A DNA stretch of 64,000 nt. Origin: Abditibacteriaceae bacterium (GTDB lineage: Bacteria > Armatimonadota > Abditibacteriia > Abditibacteriales > Abditibacteriaceae). Below the pieces are notes generated by a model. That model searched no databases and was not told where the DNA came from. It worked only from the letters and a program-made list of their open reading frames with translations. Below, in pieces: positions 18,283 to 29,815 of the stretch; the stretch's first letter is position 1; each line of letters starts with the position of its first letter. The translations under genes were made by a program, and so were the position numbers. The stretch lies in NCBI GenBank assembly GCA_965277285.1, contig OZ255721.1, positions 448,001 through 512,000 of the forward strand. The letters run 5' to 3'.

Positions 18283-20004
18283 ATGCTTGATCCGAACGCT
18301 TTTTTGGGGATGTTTGTCGATGCTCGCTATTGCCTGCGGAAGTTTTTGGGCAATGGTGCGTTTGGATTTGTTTTCGCCGCCGATGAAATGGCGCTGGGCG
18401 AGCAAGTCGGGAACGCGGCTGTCAAACTCATTCGCCCGCAGAATGACGCGCATCACGCTTCGGTTCTGCACGAAATACGTGCGATGGCGAGTTTGTCGCA
18501 CCCGCATTTGCTGGGTTATCGCAGTTCGGGAGAAATCGCTTTGCCGTCAGGCGAAAAGATCATTTTCTTAGCGCTCGAACTGGCGGACGATTCGCTGGAA
18601 AGTTGCCTGGAACGCGGACAAATGACATACGCGCAAATCAGCGAAATGGCGAATAACATTGCAAACGCGCTGGCTTATTTGCAAAATCGCGGCGTGGTGC
18701 ATCGTGATCTCAAGCCCGCCAATATCTTGCGCGCTGAAGGTTCCTGGAAGATCGCCGATTTTGGTCTGGCGCGACTGACCGCGCAAACGCATCAAACCGC
18801 GGCGGCTGGAACTTTGTCCTATATGTCGCCGGACGCCATTGATGGCGAAATCAGCGCGGCGGGCGATGTGTGGGCGTTTGGCGTGATGTTGCAGGAATGC
18901 TTGACGGGACGTTTTCCTTATCCTCACGCGTCTCAACTGAGCTTTATTCGCCATGTCGCGCAACACGAGCCGTTTATCGCGCCCGCGATGCCGCAGCCCT
19001 TCGACGAAATTGTGCGCGGATGCCTGACCAAAGACGCCAAAACGCGTTGGACAGCGCAACGAGTACTCGATGCCTTGCAACAAAAGCCGCGCCAAAATAT
19101 CACATCGCTGCCAATTGCGCCCGCAGTTCCCGTCGCAACGGCGCGCCCTGCGCCACAAAACCATACGGTTGTTTTGCCGCGCCAATCGCACGAGCCAATT
19201 GTTGACGCGAGCGGTAACGGCACGCATCGCAACTTGACCGAAGCCTTGTCTGCCTCGCCAAAAAGCGCGCGCATTTGGATTCGCCCCGGCATTTACCGCG
19301 AAAGTTTGCTGCTCGAACGCGATGTCGAAATTCTGGGCGACGGCGGGCGCGAACAAATTTTGGTCGAATGTGGCATCGGCAATTGCCTCAAAATCGCGGC
19401 GGGTAGCGCAACGTTGCGCGGTCTGACTTTGATCGGTGTGGCAAAAACGATGAATAAAAAATATCACGCCGTCAGCGTCAGCGGCGGAACCTTGACGTTG
19501 GACGACTGCATCGTTTCCAGCGATTCTCTGGCGTGTGTCGCGGTGCAGGGACGCGAATCGAGTACTCGATTGGTGGGTTGCCTGATCGCTCGAGGCAGCA
19601 AAGACGGCGTGCTTTTTTCAGGTGGCGCGAGCGGCACCATCGAACATTGCCAGATTTCGGGTCACGCCGGTCATGGCGTTCACATCAAAGACGATGCGTC
19701 GCCGATTTTGCGTGAATGCGTCATCAGCGGCAATCAGGGTTGCGGCGTTTTCATCCAGGGAGCGCAAGCCATCGTGCAAAACTGCGAAATTCAATCGAAC
19801 CATAAAAGCGGCGTTCACATCGGCGAATCGAGCGAAACGACGCTGAGCGATCGCACAATCTCCGACAACAGGCAGCAAGCAATTGATGTCGAGCGTGGCG
19901 CGCGCGGGACGGTTTCAAATTGCGATTTGCGACGCAATGTCTTTGGCGCATGGGCGCTGACTTCGGGCAGTTCCCTGCAACGATATAAGAACAAAGAAGG
20001 ATAA
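18283..20004 (+). CDS. Hanks-type Ser/Thr kinase fused to a right-handed parallel beta-helix domain
   Basis: GNGAFG, AVK, HRDLKPAN, DFG, DVWAFG; C-terminal IRPGIYRE and repeated C-x-I-S-G-N beta-helix turns; no TM segment; start uncertain. Confidence 0.88.
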   Translation: MLDPNAFLGMFVDARYCLRKFLGNGAFGFVFAADEMALGEQVGNAAVKLIRPQNDAHHASVLHEIRAMASLSHPHLLGYRSSGEIALPSGEKIIFLALELADDSLESCLERGQMTYAQISEMANNIANALAYLQNRGVVHRDLKPANILRAEGSWKIADFGLARLTAQTHQTAAAGTLSYMSPDAIDGEISAAGDVWAFGVMLQECLTGRFPYPHASQLSFIRHVAQHEPFIAPAMPQPFDEIVRGCLTKDAKTRWTAQRVLDALQQKPRQNITSLPIAPAVPVATARPAPQNHTVVLPRQSHEPIVDASGNGTHRNLTEALSASPKSARIWIRPGIYRESLLLERDVEILGDGGREQILVECGIGNCLKIAAGSATLRGLTLIGVAKTMNKKYHAVSVSGGTLTLDDCIVSSDSLACVAVQGRESSTRLVGCLIARGSKDGVLFSGGASGTIEHCQISGHAGHGVHIKDDASPILRECVISGNQGCGVFIQGAQAIVQNCEIQSNHKSGVHIGESSETTLSDRTISDNRQQAIDVERGARGTVSNCDLRRNVFGAWALTSGSSLQRYKNKEG

Positions 20005-20009
20005 CGCTT

Positions 20010-23000
20010 GTGACCAACTTCCTTTCCGACGCGGTTCCTACAGATGTAGATTCGATTTTGTCGCGTCGTTTCGATGGATGGACGCAAAATCTACTCGACT
20101 TGAGCAAGCGCAATCGCTTGTTGTATTTCAAGCCGCAGGCGAATACAACCGTCAAAATTGTCGAACCGGATTTGTCGGAAATCTGGAAAAGATTGGTCAA
20201 GCGCAGCAAGCCTTTGTCGTTTTACGGTTTGGAAGCCGAAGCGGACTTGTTCGATGACGATGAGGAAGAAGGCGACAGCGACATCGTGCCGCAGCGTCCT
20301 TTGCGCGCCGATGAATTGCGAACCGACCCAACGAGTACTCGATTGGGTAAAACCTTGCTCTATTTGCGCCATCGCGCGCGTACTTCGTTGGAAGAGCAGG
20401 GCATTGTCACGCTCTTTGTGACCTTCGGATTTTTGCGTTGGAACGAAGCCGCCAAAGACGGAAGCGCGGGCGAAGACATTTTTTCGCCGCTTTTGTTGCT
20501 TCCGGTGACGCTGCAACGCGAATCGGTGCGCAAGCCTTATACGCTGCGCTTGTGGGAAGACGAAGTCGTCTTAAATCCCGCGCTCAAGTTTCGTCTGGCG
20601 CAAGAAGCCAAAATCCTTTTGCCCGAACCCGGCGACGCCGAAGATTTCGACTTGATGAGTTATTTCGCGCAAGTCGAAGACCTGATTCGCAAGCAGCCGA
20701 CTTGGGCGCTGCAAGAGATTTCTTATCTGGGATTGTTCTCGTTTCACAAAATCTCGATGTATCGGGATTTGTACGACAACCGCGAGCGCGCTCTTTCGCA
20801 TTCGCTGGTGCGCGCCCTGGCCGGAGACAGCAAAACCGTTCCCGATGTGCCCGCCGATTTGCTGCAAGGCGTCGCGCTTGATGCGATTGCGCCGCACGCC
20901 GCGTGGCAAGTCGTTGATGCCGATTCGAGCCAGCAGGAAGCGATTGCTGCGGCGCGCCGAGGTGTCAGTTTTGTGCTGCAAGGCCCGCCTGGAACCGGCA
21001 AAAGCCAGACGATCACCAACATCATCGCCGAATGTTTGGCGGCGGGCAAAAAAGTGTTGTTCGTCTCGGAAAAGATGGCCGCTCTGCAAGTCGTGCATGG
21101 CCGTCTGGCACAAAGCGGTTTGCGTGACTTTTGCCTGGAAGTGCATTCGCACAAAGCCAACAAACGCGAAGTTGTCAAAGAACTCGAACGAACTTTGCGC
21201 GTGGCGCGACCAACACTGATGCCGTTGCCCGATGAAGCCTCACAATTGGCGGACTTGCGCGATGGATTAAACAATTATGCGCGCGAACTGCATTTGCGCC
21301 GCGAGCCATCCAATCTTTCGTTTTGGGAAGCGGTCAGCCACTTTTCGCGCTGGCACGATGCTCCGCAACTTCCTTTTTCGTTCGACAACCCAACCACCAT
21401 AGCGCCGCCGCAGCGCACGCAAATCGATGCTTGCCTGCGCGAAATGGCGCGCTTGTATCGCGTCCTCGAAACGCACGAAACACATCCCTGGCGCGGCGTC
21501 GCTTTGCACGAGAGCGATTTGCAAACGCGCGATGAAATCCGCATTCGCTTTTCGCGGTTGGCGTCTTCGTTGCGGGCGCTCGATGTTTCTCTGCGAACGT
21601 CTGCCCAACTTTTGGGCTTGACGCGTTTTCCCAGCTTGAATGTGGCGCATCGAGTACTCGAATTAGCGGAATTGTTGGAGAAAACGCCCCATCCGCCGCG
21701 CGAATGGCTGGAAGAAAGCGATTTGCCCTCGCGCCAAAATCGCGTGCATGAATGGCAGCCGCGCTTCGACAATTTCAACGCGCGCCGCGACGCTTTGACT
21801 CAACATTGCGGCTCGTCGTTTCTGGATTTATCTCACGACGATTTGCGCGAACGCTTAACCACGCGCCACGAAAACGTGTTGCGCCGACTGGTGCCCGCAA
21901 ATGGCGCCGATGTGCAAGGTTCTTCGCCTGGTGAAAACGCCTTGCGTGTGCGAAACGAACTGTTAGCAACGTTGTCACAAACCCTCGCTCTGTTGGACGA
22001 ACTGCAAGCGTTGCAAAGCACGATGAACGCGACGTTGCAAACCTCATCGGCTTCCACGTTGACCGGAGCTTTGTGGCTGCATACTTTAGCGACTTTGGTG
22101 GCGCACGATCCGCGTCCGCGAGCGCATTGGTTTGAGCCAGAGAAAATCGCTTCGCTGGAACAATCGGCGCACCTGGCGCAAAGCAACGAAAACGCCATTG
22201 AAGCCGCGCGCAAATCTCTTTCGGCTTATCACATTGACCAATTTTTGGCGTGCGATCTCGATGCGCTGATCGCGCGTTTTGAAGGTTCTTATCAACAAGC
22301 GGAAAATGTAGTTGTGAACGAGTTGCAGCCTGAACTGCGACGTTTAGCGACATTTGCCGATGGCGCGCCGAAGACGTTTCAGCGCGCCGTTGCCGATTTA
22401 GAAGTCGCCGAAACCGCGTGGCAGCAAATGCAATGGCTGGATAATAACGCGGACGAATTGAAGGGTTTCCCGAACTACAACAATTTCAAAACCGATTGGA
22501 CGCAAGCGCGCGAACTCGCTACGACAGCCGCGCAAGAAGCGCGCGAGCATCAAGCTGGTTTTGTCACGGCGCGCGAAAAACTATCTTCTTACAACCTCGA
22601 GGCGCTGCTGGCGTTGGATCATCGCGCGCTGATGGACGCGATTTCCAAAGACGCGGCTTCGTTCTGGCGCTTCGCCAAACCTGCGTTCCAACACGCAGTT
22701 AAGAGCGTTCAAGCCGCGCGCCTTTCGTCTTCAACTTCAACGTTCGTGGAAATGCTGTCCGACTTGGAAACGGCACAGCTTGCGGCGCAGCACGACAAGT
22801 GGTTGAAAAGCCAATCGAGTACTCATTCCTCGTTGTTCGGCGCGCGGTTTCAAGGCTTAGATACGAACTGGCAAGACGTTATCAACCACATCGAAGCGAC
22901 GACTGATGAGGCGCAGGCGCACGCCAAGATCTATCACAACATCGTCGAGAAACTGCCCGATTACAACGTCGCCGCGTTACTGCGCGAAGACATTCCCGCC

Positions 23001-26000
23001 TGGCGCACTCGTCTAATTGAAAAATATGGCGCCGCCGTTCGCTCTGTCGAAGAAGAAATGCCGCGCGATGTCGCAACGCTGCAAAAGTTGCGCGCGGTGA
23101 CCGAAGCGCGTTCGCGCAACGCATGGTTGCACGACTTAGAAATCGCGCTGGAATTGCGTGAACGAATGCGCTGGCGCGATGCACAAAGTGCGGCCTACAC
23201 AGAAAGTTTCGGAGCGCATTATCACGGCGCGCAAACCGACTGGCACAAGGTTTTGGAAGCCTTGCAAACCTGTCGCGCTCTTATTGCGCATCACCCAACG
23301 TTGTTCGAGCCTTTGCAAAAAGTGCTGTGCGGAAGCGGCGCGCCCATCGCCAGAATTGAGACGCAGAACAAACAATTTAAGGCGCTTTTGTTCGGTTTGC
23401 AAAACGCCACCAAAACGTTGCATGAAATGTTTCCTCTGCACTCGTTTCCTTTTGGCGAAGCGTCTCTGACACGCGCTGCGTTGCCCGATTTGCGCGCTTT
23501 TCTCGCCGATGCACGCGCGTCTTTTCTTGACTTCTTCGCAGCTTATGATCAGGCTGGCGGAAATGGCGCGCGGTTGCAAATTTCGCTGGACGATTTAGTC
23601 GAAGGCGCGAAAATCGTGCAGGAACAAAAGGTGCTGGAAAGTTGGGACGATGAAGGTCGCGCACTTTTCGAGTCTTTCTTTCGCGGAACTCAAACTGCGT
23701 GGCCGCAAGTCGTGGAAGCTTTGGCGTGGTCGCAGCGCGTACTCGATTGGTCTGGCACGAATGCTTTGCCCGAACCCACGCTCGATGTCGCAACCGATGA
23801 GCAGCACGGCACAGATTTGCAAACGACAGCCGCAGAATTGCGAGCGCGTCTGCGCGCTGTGAACGACGATTGGGCGTGGGCGCAAACTCTTTTTCCGACC
23901 TGGCAAGTTGGCGGACGACCGGCGGAGCACGCTTTGCTAACCGACGCGGCGAACTGGCTCGAAGAACGCGTGGCACGTTTGGATGAACTGGAAGAATGGT
24001 TGTCTTGGCAGCGTTTGCAGGAATCGAGTACTCGATTGGGCTTGGCCTCTTTCTGGGAAGTCGCATTGCGCGAAAAGCCGGCTGCTCCGCAAATCGAAGG
24101 CGCGTTCTGGCGTCGTTTCTGGGCGCTGTGGCTCGATCAAATGCAACATTTTAGCCCACAATTGAAATTCTTTGCGGGCGAAGTTCACGACGCCAACATT
24201 CAGCGATTTCGAGTACTCGATGTCGCATTTCTGCAAGCGGTGCGCGTTCGCCTGGCTGCGATGTTGGCACAAGACCGTCCGCGTCCCGAAGCAGCGCGCG
24301 CCGGACAAGTCGCCATTTTGCAAAAAGAAGCGGTCAAGAAATCGAAACACAAGCCTTTGCGCGCTTTGTTCGGCGAGGTATCGCTGATCTTGCAGGCGCT
24401 CAAGCCGTGTATGTTGATGAGTCCGCTTTCTGTCGCGCAGTTTTTGCAGCCCGACAAAGTGCGTTTTGACCTGGTGATTTTCGATGAGGCCTCGCAGATT
24501 TGTTCGGAAGATGCCGTCGGCGCCATCATGCGCGGTTCGCAACTGATCGTTGTCGGCGACCGCAAGCAATTGCCGCCATCGCGGTTTTTTGGCGGTAATT
24601 CGTTCGATGAAGACGAGGAAGAAAGCGAAGAAGGCGGCGAAGTTTACGAAAGCATTTTGGATGAATGCGCCACGATGGGCTTGCCCGACAGAATGTTGCG
24701 CTGGCATTACCGCAGTCGCAACGAAGCGTTGATCGCCTTTTCAAATTAGCATTTTTACGAATCGAATCTGATTACTTTTCCCGGCCCGCACTCTGTCGGA
24801 ACGGGAACGCGCGGCGTTTCCTTTGAAAAAGTCGATGGGATTTATATTCGCGGCAAAGTGAAGAACGCGCGCACTAATCCTATCGAGGCACGGCGCGTCG
24901 CCGAATTGGTGATCGAACATTTTGAAACGTCGCCACACGAATCGTTGGGCGTCATCGCCTTCAACGAAGCGCAAATGCGCGCCATCTGGGACGAAGTTCA
25001 TCAACTGGCCGCCACGAAACCACATCTGGACGCATTGGTGAACGGCGAAGGCCCGGACGGCTTTTTCGTAAAGAATCTGGAAAACGTGCAAGGTGACGAA
25101 CGCGATGTCATTTTATTTTCCGTGGGTTACGGCCCCGACCAAGACGGCAAGTTCTCGATGAACTTTGGGCCGCTCAATCGTGCTGGTGGCGAACGTCGCC
25201 TCAATGTCGCAGTGACGCGCGCCCGTTTGCGCGTGCGCATTTTGGCATCGTTTGAGCCGGAAGAAATTCGCGCGGATCGCACTTCGGCGCAAGGCCCCAA
25301 ATTGTTGGCGCAGTATCTCAGCTACGCGAAAAACGGCGGCGCCTGGAACGGCGCGACCTTGTTCGCACGCCGCGAAGGTGTGGAAGAATCCATCGCTCGA
25401 GTACTCGAAACGCGCGGCTGGAAGGTGCAGCGCCGCATCGGGTTTTCCGAATTGCGCATCGATCTGGCCGTGCAAGACCCGAACGATCCCGAACGTTTTC
25501 TGCTGGGCATTGAGTGCGATGGAGAATCTTACGTTTCAGCGCAAACCGCGCGCGACCGCGACCGTTTGCGTCCCCAGGTTTTGCAGGAATTAGGCTGGAA
25601 CTTGTTGCGCGTTTGGTCGCCCGATTGGATTCAAAACCAGGATGCCCAAATCGTGCGCATTGAAAATGCTTTGGCGCAAGCACAAAAAAATGTAACGACC
25701 ACGCTACCGACGCCGATTTCTGCTCGCCCAATTCCGAACTACAACACTCAGGTTCTCCAAAACGCGCCGACAACCGCATTGCCTCAGGGCACAATTTCGC
25801 CCAGCCTTCCGCAACAACACACGAAATATGATACAGTCGCGCTCTCGCCTCCGACGGTTTCTTCGACGCCTATTAGCGCCGCGATTAGCGCCGCGTTGCC
25901 TGTCGGTGCTGTGTGGCATGAGGAAACTGTGCTCAAGTTTCAGGGCACTTCCGATTCGTTCTATTACTCGGCGCAGTACAGCCCGTCGAGTATCGAGTCT

Positions 26001-26456
26001 TTATTAGTGCAAGTTGTCGAAGCCGAAGGGCCAATTCGCTTGACTGTGGCGACGCGACGCATTGTTGCGGCTTGGGGCATGAACAAGGTTGGTGCAAAGT
26101 TGTTGTCAATCGTTGAAACGATTGCCCGACGCGCTCAAAATCGTGGACAATTGCAAGTGCGAGGTAAGTTTCTATGGCCACCAAGAACGATCTATCCGTT
26201 GGTGCGAGTTCCGCGAACCAGCGCTACGGCACGTCCTGTGGAGGACATCGCCCTGGAGGAAATTGCGCAGGCGGCTTATCTTTGCGTGCGCGACTGTTTT
26301 GCTCTTTCGCGGGAAGAACTGGTGCAGCAAACCGCGCGATTACTGGGATTCAAGCAAACAGGCATCAACGTGCGTTCGCGCATCGAAGAAGCCTTTCGAG
26401 TACTCGAACACGATGATCGCGTGCAACTCAGCGACGATGCGTTCACGATTCGATAA
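20010..26456 (+). pseudogene. DUF4011 - SF1 (UPF1-like) helicase - Vsr/DUF559-like nuclease - DUF3320 protein (Hhe-like), interrupted by in-frame TAG at 24747-24749
   Basis: LLDLSKRNRLL, DADSSQ, QGPPGTGKSQTI, MMSPLSVA, FDEASQ, GDRKQLPP, WHYRS, ENVQGDERD, RRLNVAVTRA, IECDG, RDRDRLR; ORFs 20010-24749 and 24858-26456 share a frame and the gap translates as HFYESNLITFP. Confidence 0.85.
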
Positions 26457-26475
26457 ACCTCGAAATTGACAATTT

Positions 26476-27021
26476 TTACGAGGTAACGCGGCGTCCTCGC
26501 AATTTGAAACGCGTGTCAAATTCGCCTTTGTTGAAACTTTTGCAACAACGCGCGCAGGCGACAGCGCGACTGTAACGGCGACGGCGTGAAAACTCGTGAC
26601 CACAATGTCCACAACCATAAATCCAGCCGTTTTTTGGTGTTGGCAAAGCGATTTCGTGACGCGTGCGAGGTTGCCCAATTTCGCGGGCTTTCTGACGGAA
26701 TTGCGCTGTGTGACCGCTGGGTAATTTCTGAACGTGCAGCCACAAATGAATCATTTCGTGCTTCAAGATTTCGCGCGTCGCCTGGTCGCTTGACGAACAC
26801 AAAACGCCGCACACGGAATATTCCTGCGGAAATAGCGAAGCGGGACGAAAGGCTTCCTGCAAAATCGGCTGCGACAGTTTGATAATGCGATGGCGCACGT
26901 TAATATTGCCTGCGGCGCGCGTCAACTTGCGGCTCCAGAGGATTTCGCACGGCGGTAAAATGCCGTCGAAATAAAGTGCGTTCAATTCGTGATAAAGCGT
27001 TTGAAGATCGGGAAACGTCAT
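26476..27021 (-). CDS. SprT-like zinc metalloprotease
   Basis: LNALYF, HEMIH, HTAQF, CGHC and CARC zinc ribbon. Confidence 0.88.
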   Translation of the reverse strand: MTFPDLQTLYHELNALYFDGILPPCEILWSRKLTRAAGNINVRHRIIKLSQPILQEAFRPASLFPQEYSVCGVLCSSSDQATREILKHEMIHLWLHVQKLPSGHTAQFRQKAREIGQPRTRHEIALPTPKNGWIYGCGHCGHEFSRRRRYSRAVACARCCKSFNKGEFDTRFKLRGRRVTS

Positions 27022-27181
27022 ATCGAGTACTCGAAAAGCAACCTGGGAATCGTATTGCAGCGACTTTTAGAGTGTAACGCGCTTATTGTTCTTGAGCTGA
27101 TTTTGAAAGGGTCCAAGAACGCACAGAAACACGAAAAAGCGCCCGTTGTGGAAGTCGCGGACGCTTTTTCTCGTTTGTGGT

Positions 27182-27622
27182 TTAGACAATCGGTGGAGTG
27201 GTGTCGATTGGGTCTGCGGAAGTGCTTGGCCAACCGCTGGCTGTTGTATCGTTATCGACTTTGTCAATGGCGTCCACCGCGAGGCCGGAAGCGCCCATGC
27301 CAGTCAGACCGCCGACCACTGCGCCCACCATCGCGCCGATTGGCCCCATCATCAAACCGGATCCGGCCCCGACAACCATGCCAGCCACACCACCTGCTGC
27401 CGCCGCAATTTCGGGATCGCTGGTTTCGTCGCGGTTATCGCCAGTTCCGGTTCCCGTCATGGCAGGATGATTGGCGTCGTGATAAACGTTCGCGTCGCCT
27501 GCTGCGGTTTCATTGGCGACCTGGCGCGCCGTGAGATCGTGCTGCGCGTTTTGTGCGGCTTCCTGCGCGGCGATTTCCCGCAATTCTTCTTCGGTCATCG
27601 GACGCAAATTATTTTGAGACAT
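27182..27622 (-). CDS. Glycine-zipper hypothetical protein
   Basis: GGAGG SD; GGVAGMVVGAGSGLMMGPIGAMVGAVVGG. Confidence 0.7.
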   Translation of the reverse strand: MSQNNLRPMTEEELREIAAQEAAQNAQHDLTARQVANETAAGDANVYHDANHPAMTGTGTGDNRDETSDPEIAAAAGGVAGMVVGAGSGLMMGPIGAMVGAVVGGLTGMGASGLAVDAIDKVDNDTTASGWPSTSADPIDTTPPIV

Positions 27623-27995
27623 AAATCCTCCAAAAGGTTGCCCACGAAACACGCGAAGGCCGCAAAAAAGAAGAGAAATCGAGTACTCGAAGATAGAACT
27701 GTGTCATTATACGACGCGACGCGCGTGGAAGAAGTTTTTGCACCTGAAACGCCGGAACGCGAAGTCGCTTATGCGAATAACGCTCAGCCATCCCAGAATT
27801 AGATTCTTCGCCCCGCTTACGAATGGAATGACACACTCTTATTTCAGGACTTTGTTACGGCCTAAAGAACAAAATACCACTTTCGAGTACTCGATCCTTT
27901 TTCGCGTCCCGTCGCGTGCTTCGCGGACTAATTTTGTGTTTCACAAACGAAAAACCGCCGCGACACAGGCCGCAGCGGTTCTCGTATTTTTCGTC

Positions 27996-28724
27996 TTACA
28001 AAACCTGTCCGCCGGTTTTGTCATCGGTGCGGTCGCCGGTCAAAACGTCGGCCGCTTTTTCCGTGATGCCGCGCGTGTCAGCTCCGGCTGTCGTGACGCC
28101 GCCGGTTTGAACGCCAGGAATTTTGTTGCCCGGCAAATCGGCGTTGACATCAGCAGCGAAATTATGCGCCGTGGTCGAGACATCCGTCCCGATGGTGTGC
28201 GCCGTATGTTCGACTGTTCCGACTGTGCTGGAAGTATAGCCAGTGCCCGCAACGTTGCGATCCGCGGCTTCGGTCGCATCGCCCGCGACTCCACCTGCCA
28301 GGCTGCCCAACGCTCCGCCGACGACTGCACCGACGGGCCCGCCGACTGCTGCGCCGACCACGCCACCTGCGACGGCGCCTGCACCCAAGCCGGTTTTGCC
28401 GTCATCGGTGACCGCCGGGCCGCCGGTTACTACGTTGTGACCGCCAACAGGAGCCACGCCGGTCGTTGCGTAACCGGTGGAAGTGGCATTAGGCGTCACG
28501 CCATCGCCGACACCCGAAACGGTGTTGTCATTATCTACGCGATCAACGGCTGCAACGCCGACACCGCTGGCCAAGCCGCCCGCGACGGCGCCGATAACGG
28601 CACCCACCGGCCCACCTGCGAGAGCGCCAACGACCGCGCCGCCTACTGCTCCGCCGACCGCACCCTTTTCGGCGTCGCCATGAGGATTGTCATCAATTCC
28701 GTGCTGAATACCGTCGTTAGCCAT
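27996..28724 (-). CDS. Glycine-zipper protein with two zipper repeats
   Basis: AGGAGA SD; two GAVxGGxVGAxxGGPVGAVxG blocks. Confidence 0.75.
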   Translation of the reverse strand: MANDGIQHGIDDNPHGDAEKGAVGGAVGGAVVGALAGGPVGAVIGAVAGGLASGVGVAAVDRVDNDNTVSGVGDGVTPNATSTGYATTGVAPVGGHNVVTGGPAVTDDGKTGLGAGAVAGGVVGAAVGGPVGAVVGGALGSLAGGVAGDATEAADRNVAGTGYTSSTVGTVEHTAHTIGTDVSTTAHNFAADVNADLPGNKIPGVQTGGVTTAGADTRGITEKAADVLTGDRTDDKTGGQVL

Positions 28725-28771
28725 GTGAATCACGTCTCCTGAAATTCGGATTTTGAGCAGCCCATTTTGGT

Positions 28772-28786
28772 GCAGAATTGGTGCCA
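28772..28786 (-). promoter_or_regulatory. Sigma54-type -24/-12 promoter
   Basis: Minus strand reads TGGCACCAATTCTGC(A), about 50 nt upstream of ATG 28724. Confidence 0.6.
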
Positions 28787-28805
28787 GTGTGCGCGTCCGA
28801 ACAAA

Positions 28806-28858
28806 AGAAAGTCGTCATATCGAGTACTGCATTCGAGTACTCGATACGACGACTTTCT
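28806..28858. terminator. Terminator hairpin with paired palindrome cores
   Basis: 23-bp stem with one mismatch, downstream of gene 29419-28889. Confidence 0.75.
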
Positions 28859-28888
28859 GGTTTCTTGCGAGTGTTTTGAAGCTGTTTA

Positions 28889-29419
28889 TTACGCTGTGAC
28901 GGCAGCGGAACGTCCACCGTATTGCGCCAACACAGCACGAACCTGGTCGGCGGAAACGGCGTTGCCATCTGTATCAACGGCAACGAAGACGCCACCTTGT
29001 TCGATAGCGTTGCCATAATAATTGGCGTCGTGCTCATCGTAGCCGGCGCGTGCCAATGCACCAGCGACCGCACCTGTTGTGGCACCGACAATCGCACCAG
29101 CAGCCATGCCGCCGCCGACCACGCCCAAACTCGTCGCCAGCACGCCCGCTGTAATAAAGGGGCCAACGCCTGGAATCAAAGCGGCGGCCAGACCAAACAA
29201 AGCGCCAACACCCGCGCCGCCCAACATTCCTTTGGCGGCACCGTCGGCTTCGTTACCAGCATCGTGAGCAGCAGTTCCTGCACCCGCAACTGAAGTGTTG
29301 TCGCCATGACGCGCCACAATCGACAAATGCGCATCGCCAACGCCCAACTGACGCAAAGCCTGAATCGCCTGTTCCGCTTGCGACTGGTTATTGAAAACGG
29401 CGGTTACTCGGTTCAACAT
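28889..29419 (-). CDS. General stress protein (YflT-like, glycine zipper)
   Basis: VTAVFNNQSQAEQAIQAL, IPGVGPFITAG, ANYYGNAIEQGGVFVAV; AGGAGA SD. Confidence 0.78.
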   Translation of the reverse strand: MLNRVTAVFNNQSQAEQAIQALRQLGVGDAHLSIVARHGDNTSVAGAGTAAHDAGNEADGAAKGMLGGAGVGALFGLAAALIPGVGPFITAGVLATSLGVVGGGMAAGAIVGATTGAVAGALARAGYDEHDANYYGNAIEQGGVFVAVDTDGNAVSADQVRAVLAQYGGRSAAVTA

Positions 29420-29815
29420 AGTTTTTCTCCTGTGCAACTTGTGTTGCTGATTGAAATTGTCCCACGCCGCATCCTTGCCTGGAAGCCAGGTGGCAACCAA
29501 TCGAGAGAAATAAACGGCGTTTTGCGGGATGTCTTTGGATTAGGCAAATCGAGTGCCTAAAAGTGTTCGAAAATTATTCATCCGCTTACTTGAGGACGTT
29601 GTACGAGGACGTTATGCTTGGAAGAGGATAAAGGCTGCTTCTGACATGGCGTCATCTACTCGGCAGAACGCCTCTCTCGTAAAATCATAAGCAGTCGTAA
29701 GTTGGTTTTTCTGCGAATTGGCCACCATCAAATTTAGACCAACTTTGGGACATCGCTGCAGGCCAGCACCGCTGATTAGGAGTTGTCGGACGCCTAAAGT
29801 GGCTTGTCCGTCATT

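Noticed and set aside
24747..24749. Pyrrolysine or genome-wide amber recoding
   Set aside because: No pyl genes in the window and TAG ends argB, polX and other genes normally.
29500..29810. Riboswitch or ncRNA upstream of the LarA-family gene
   Set aside because: No recognisable aptamer consensus by eye; an Rfam scan would be needed.
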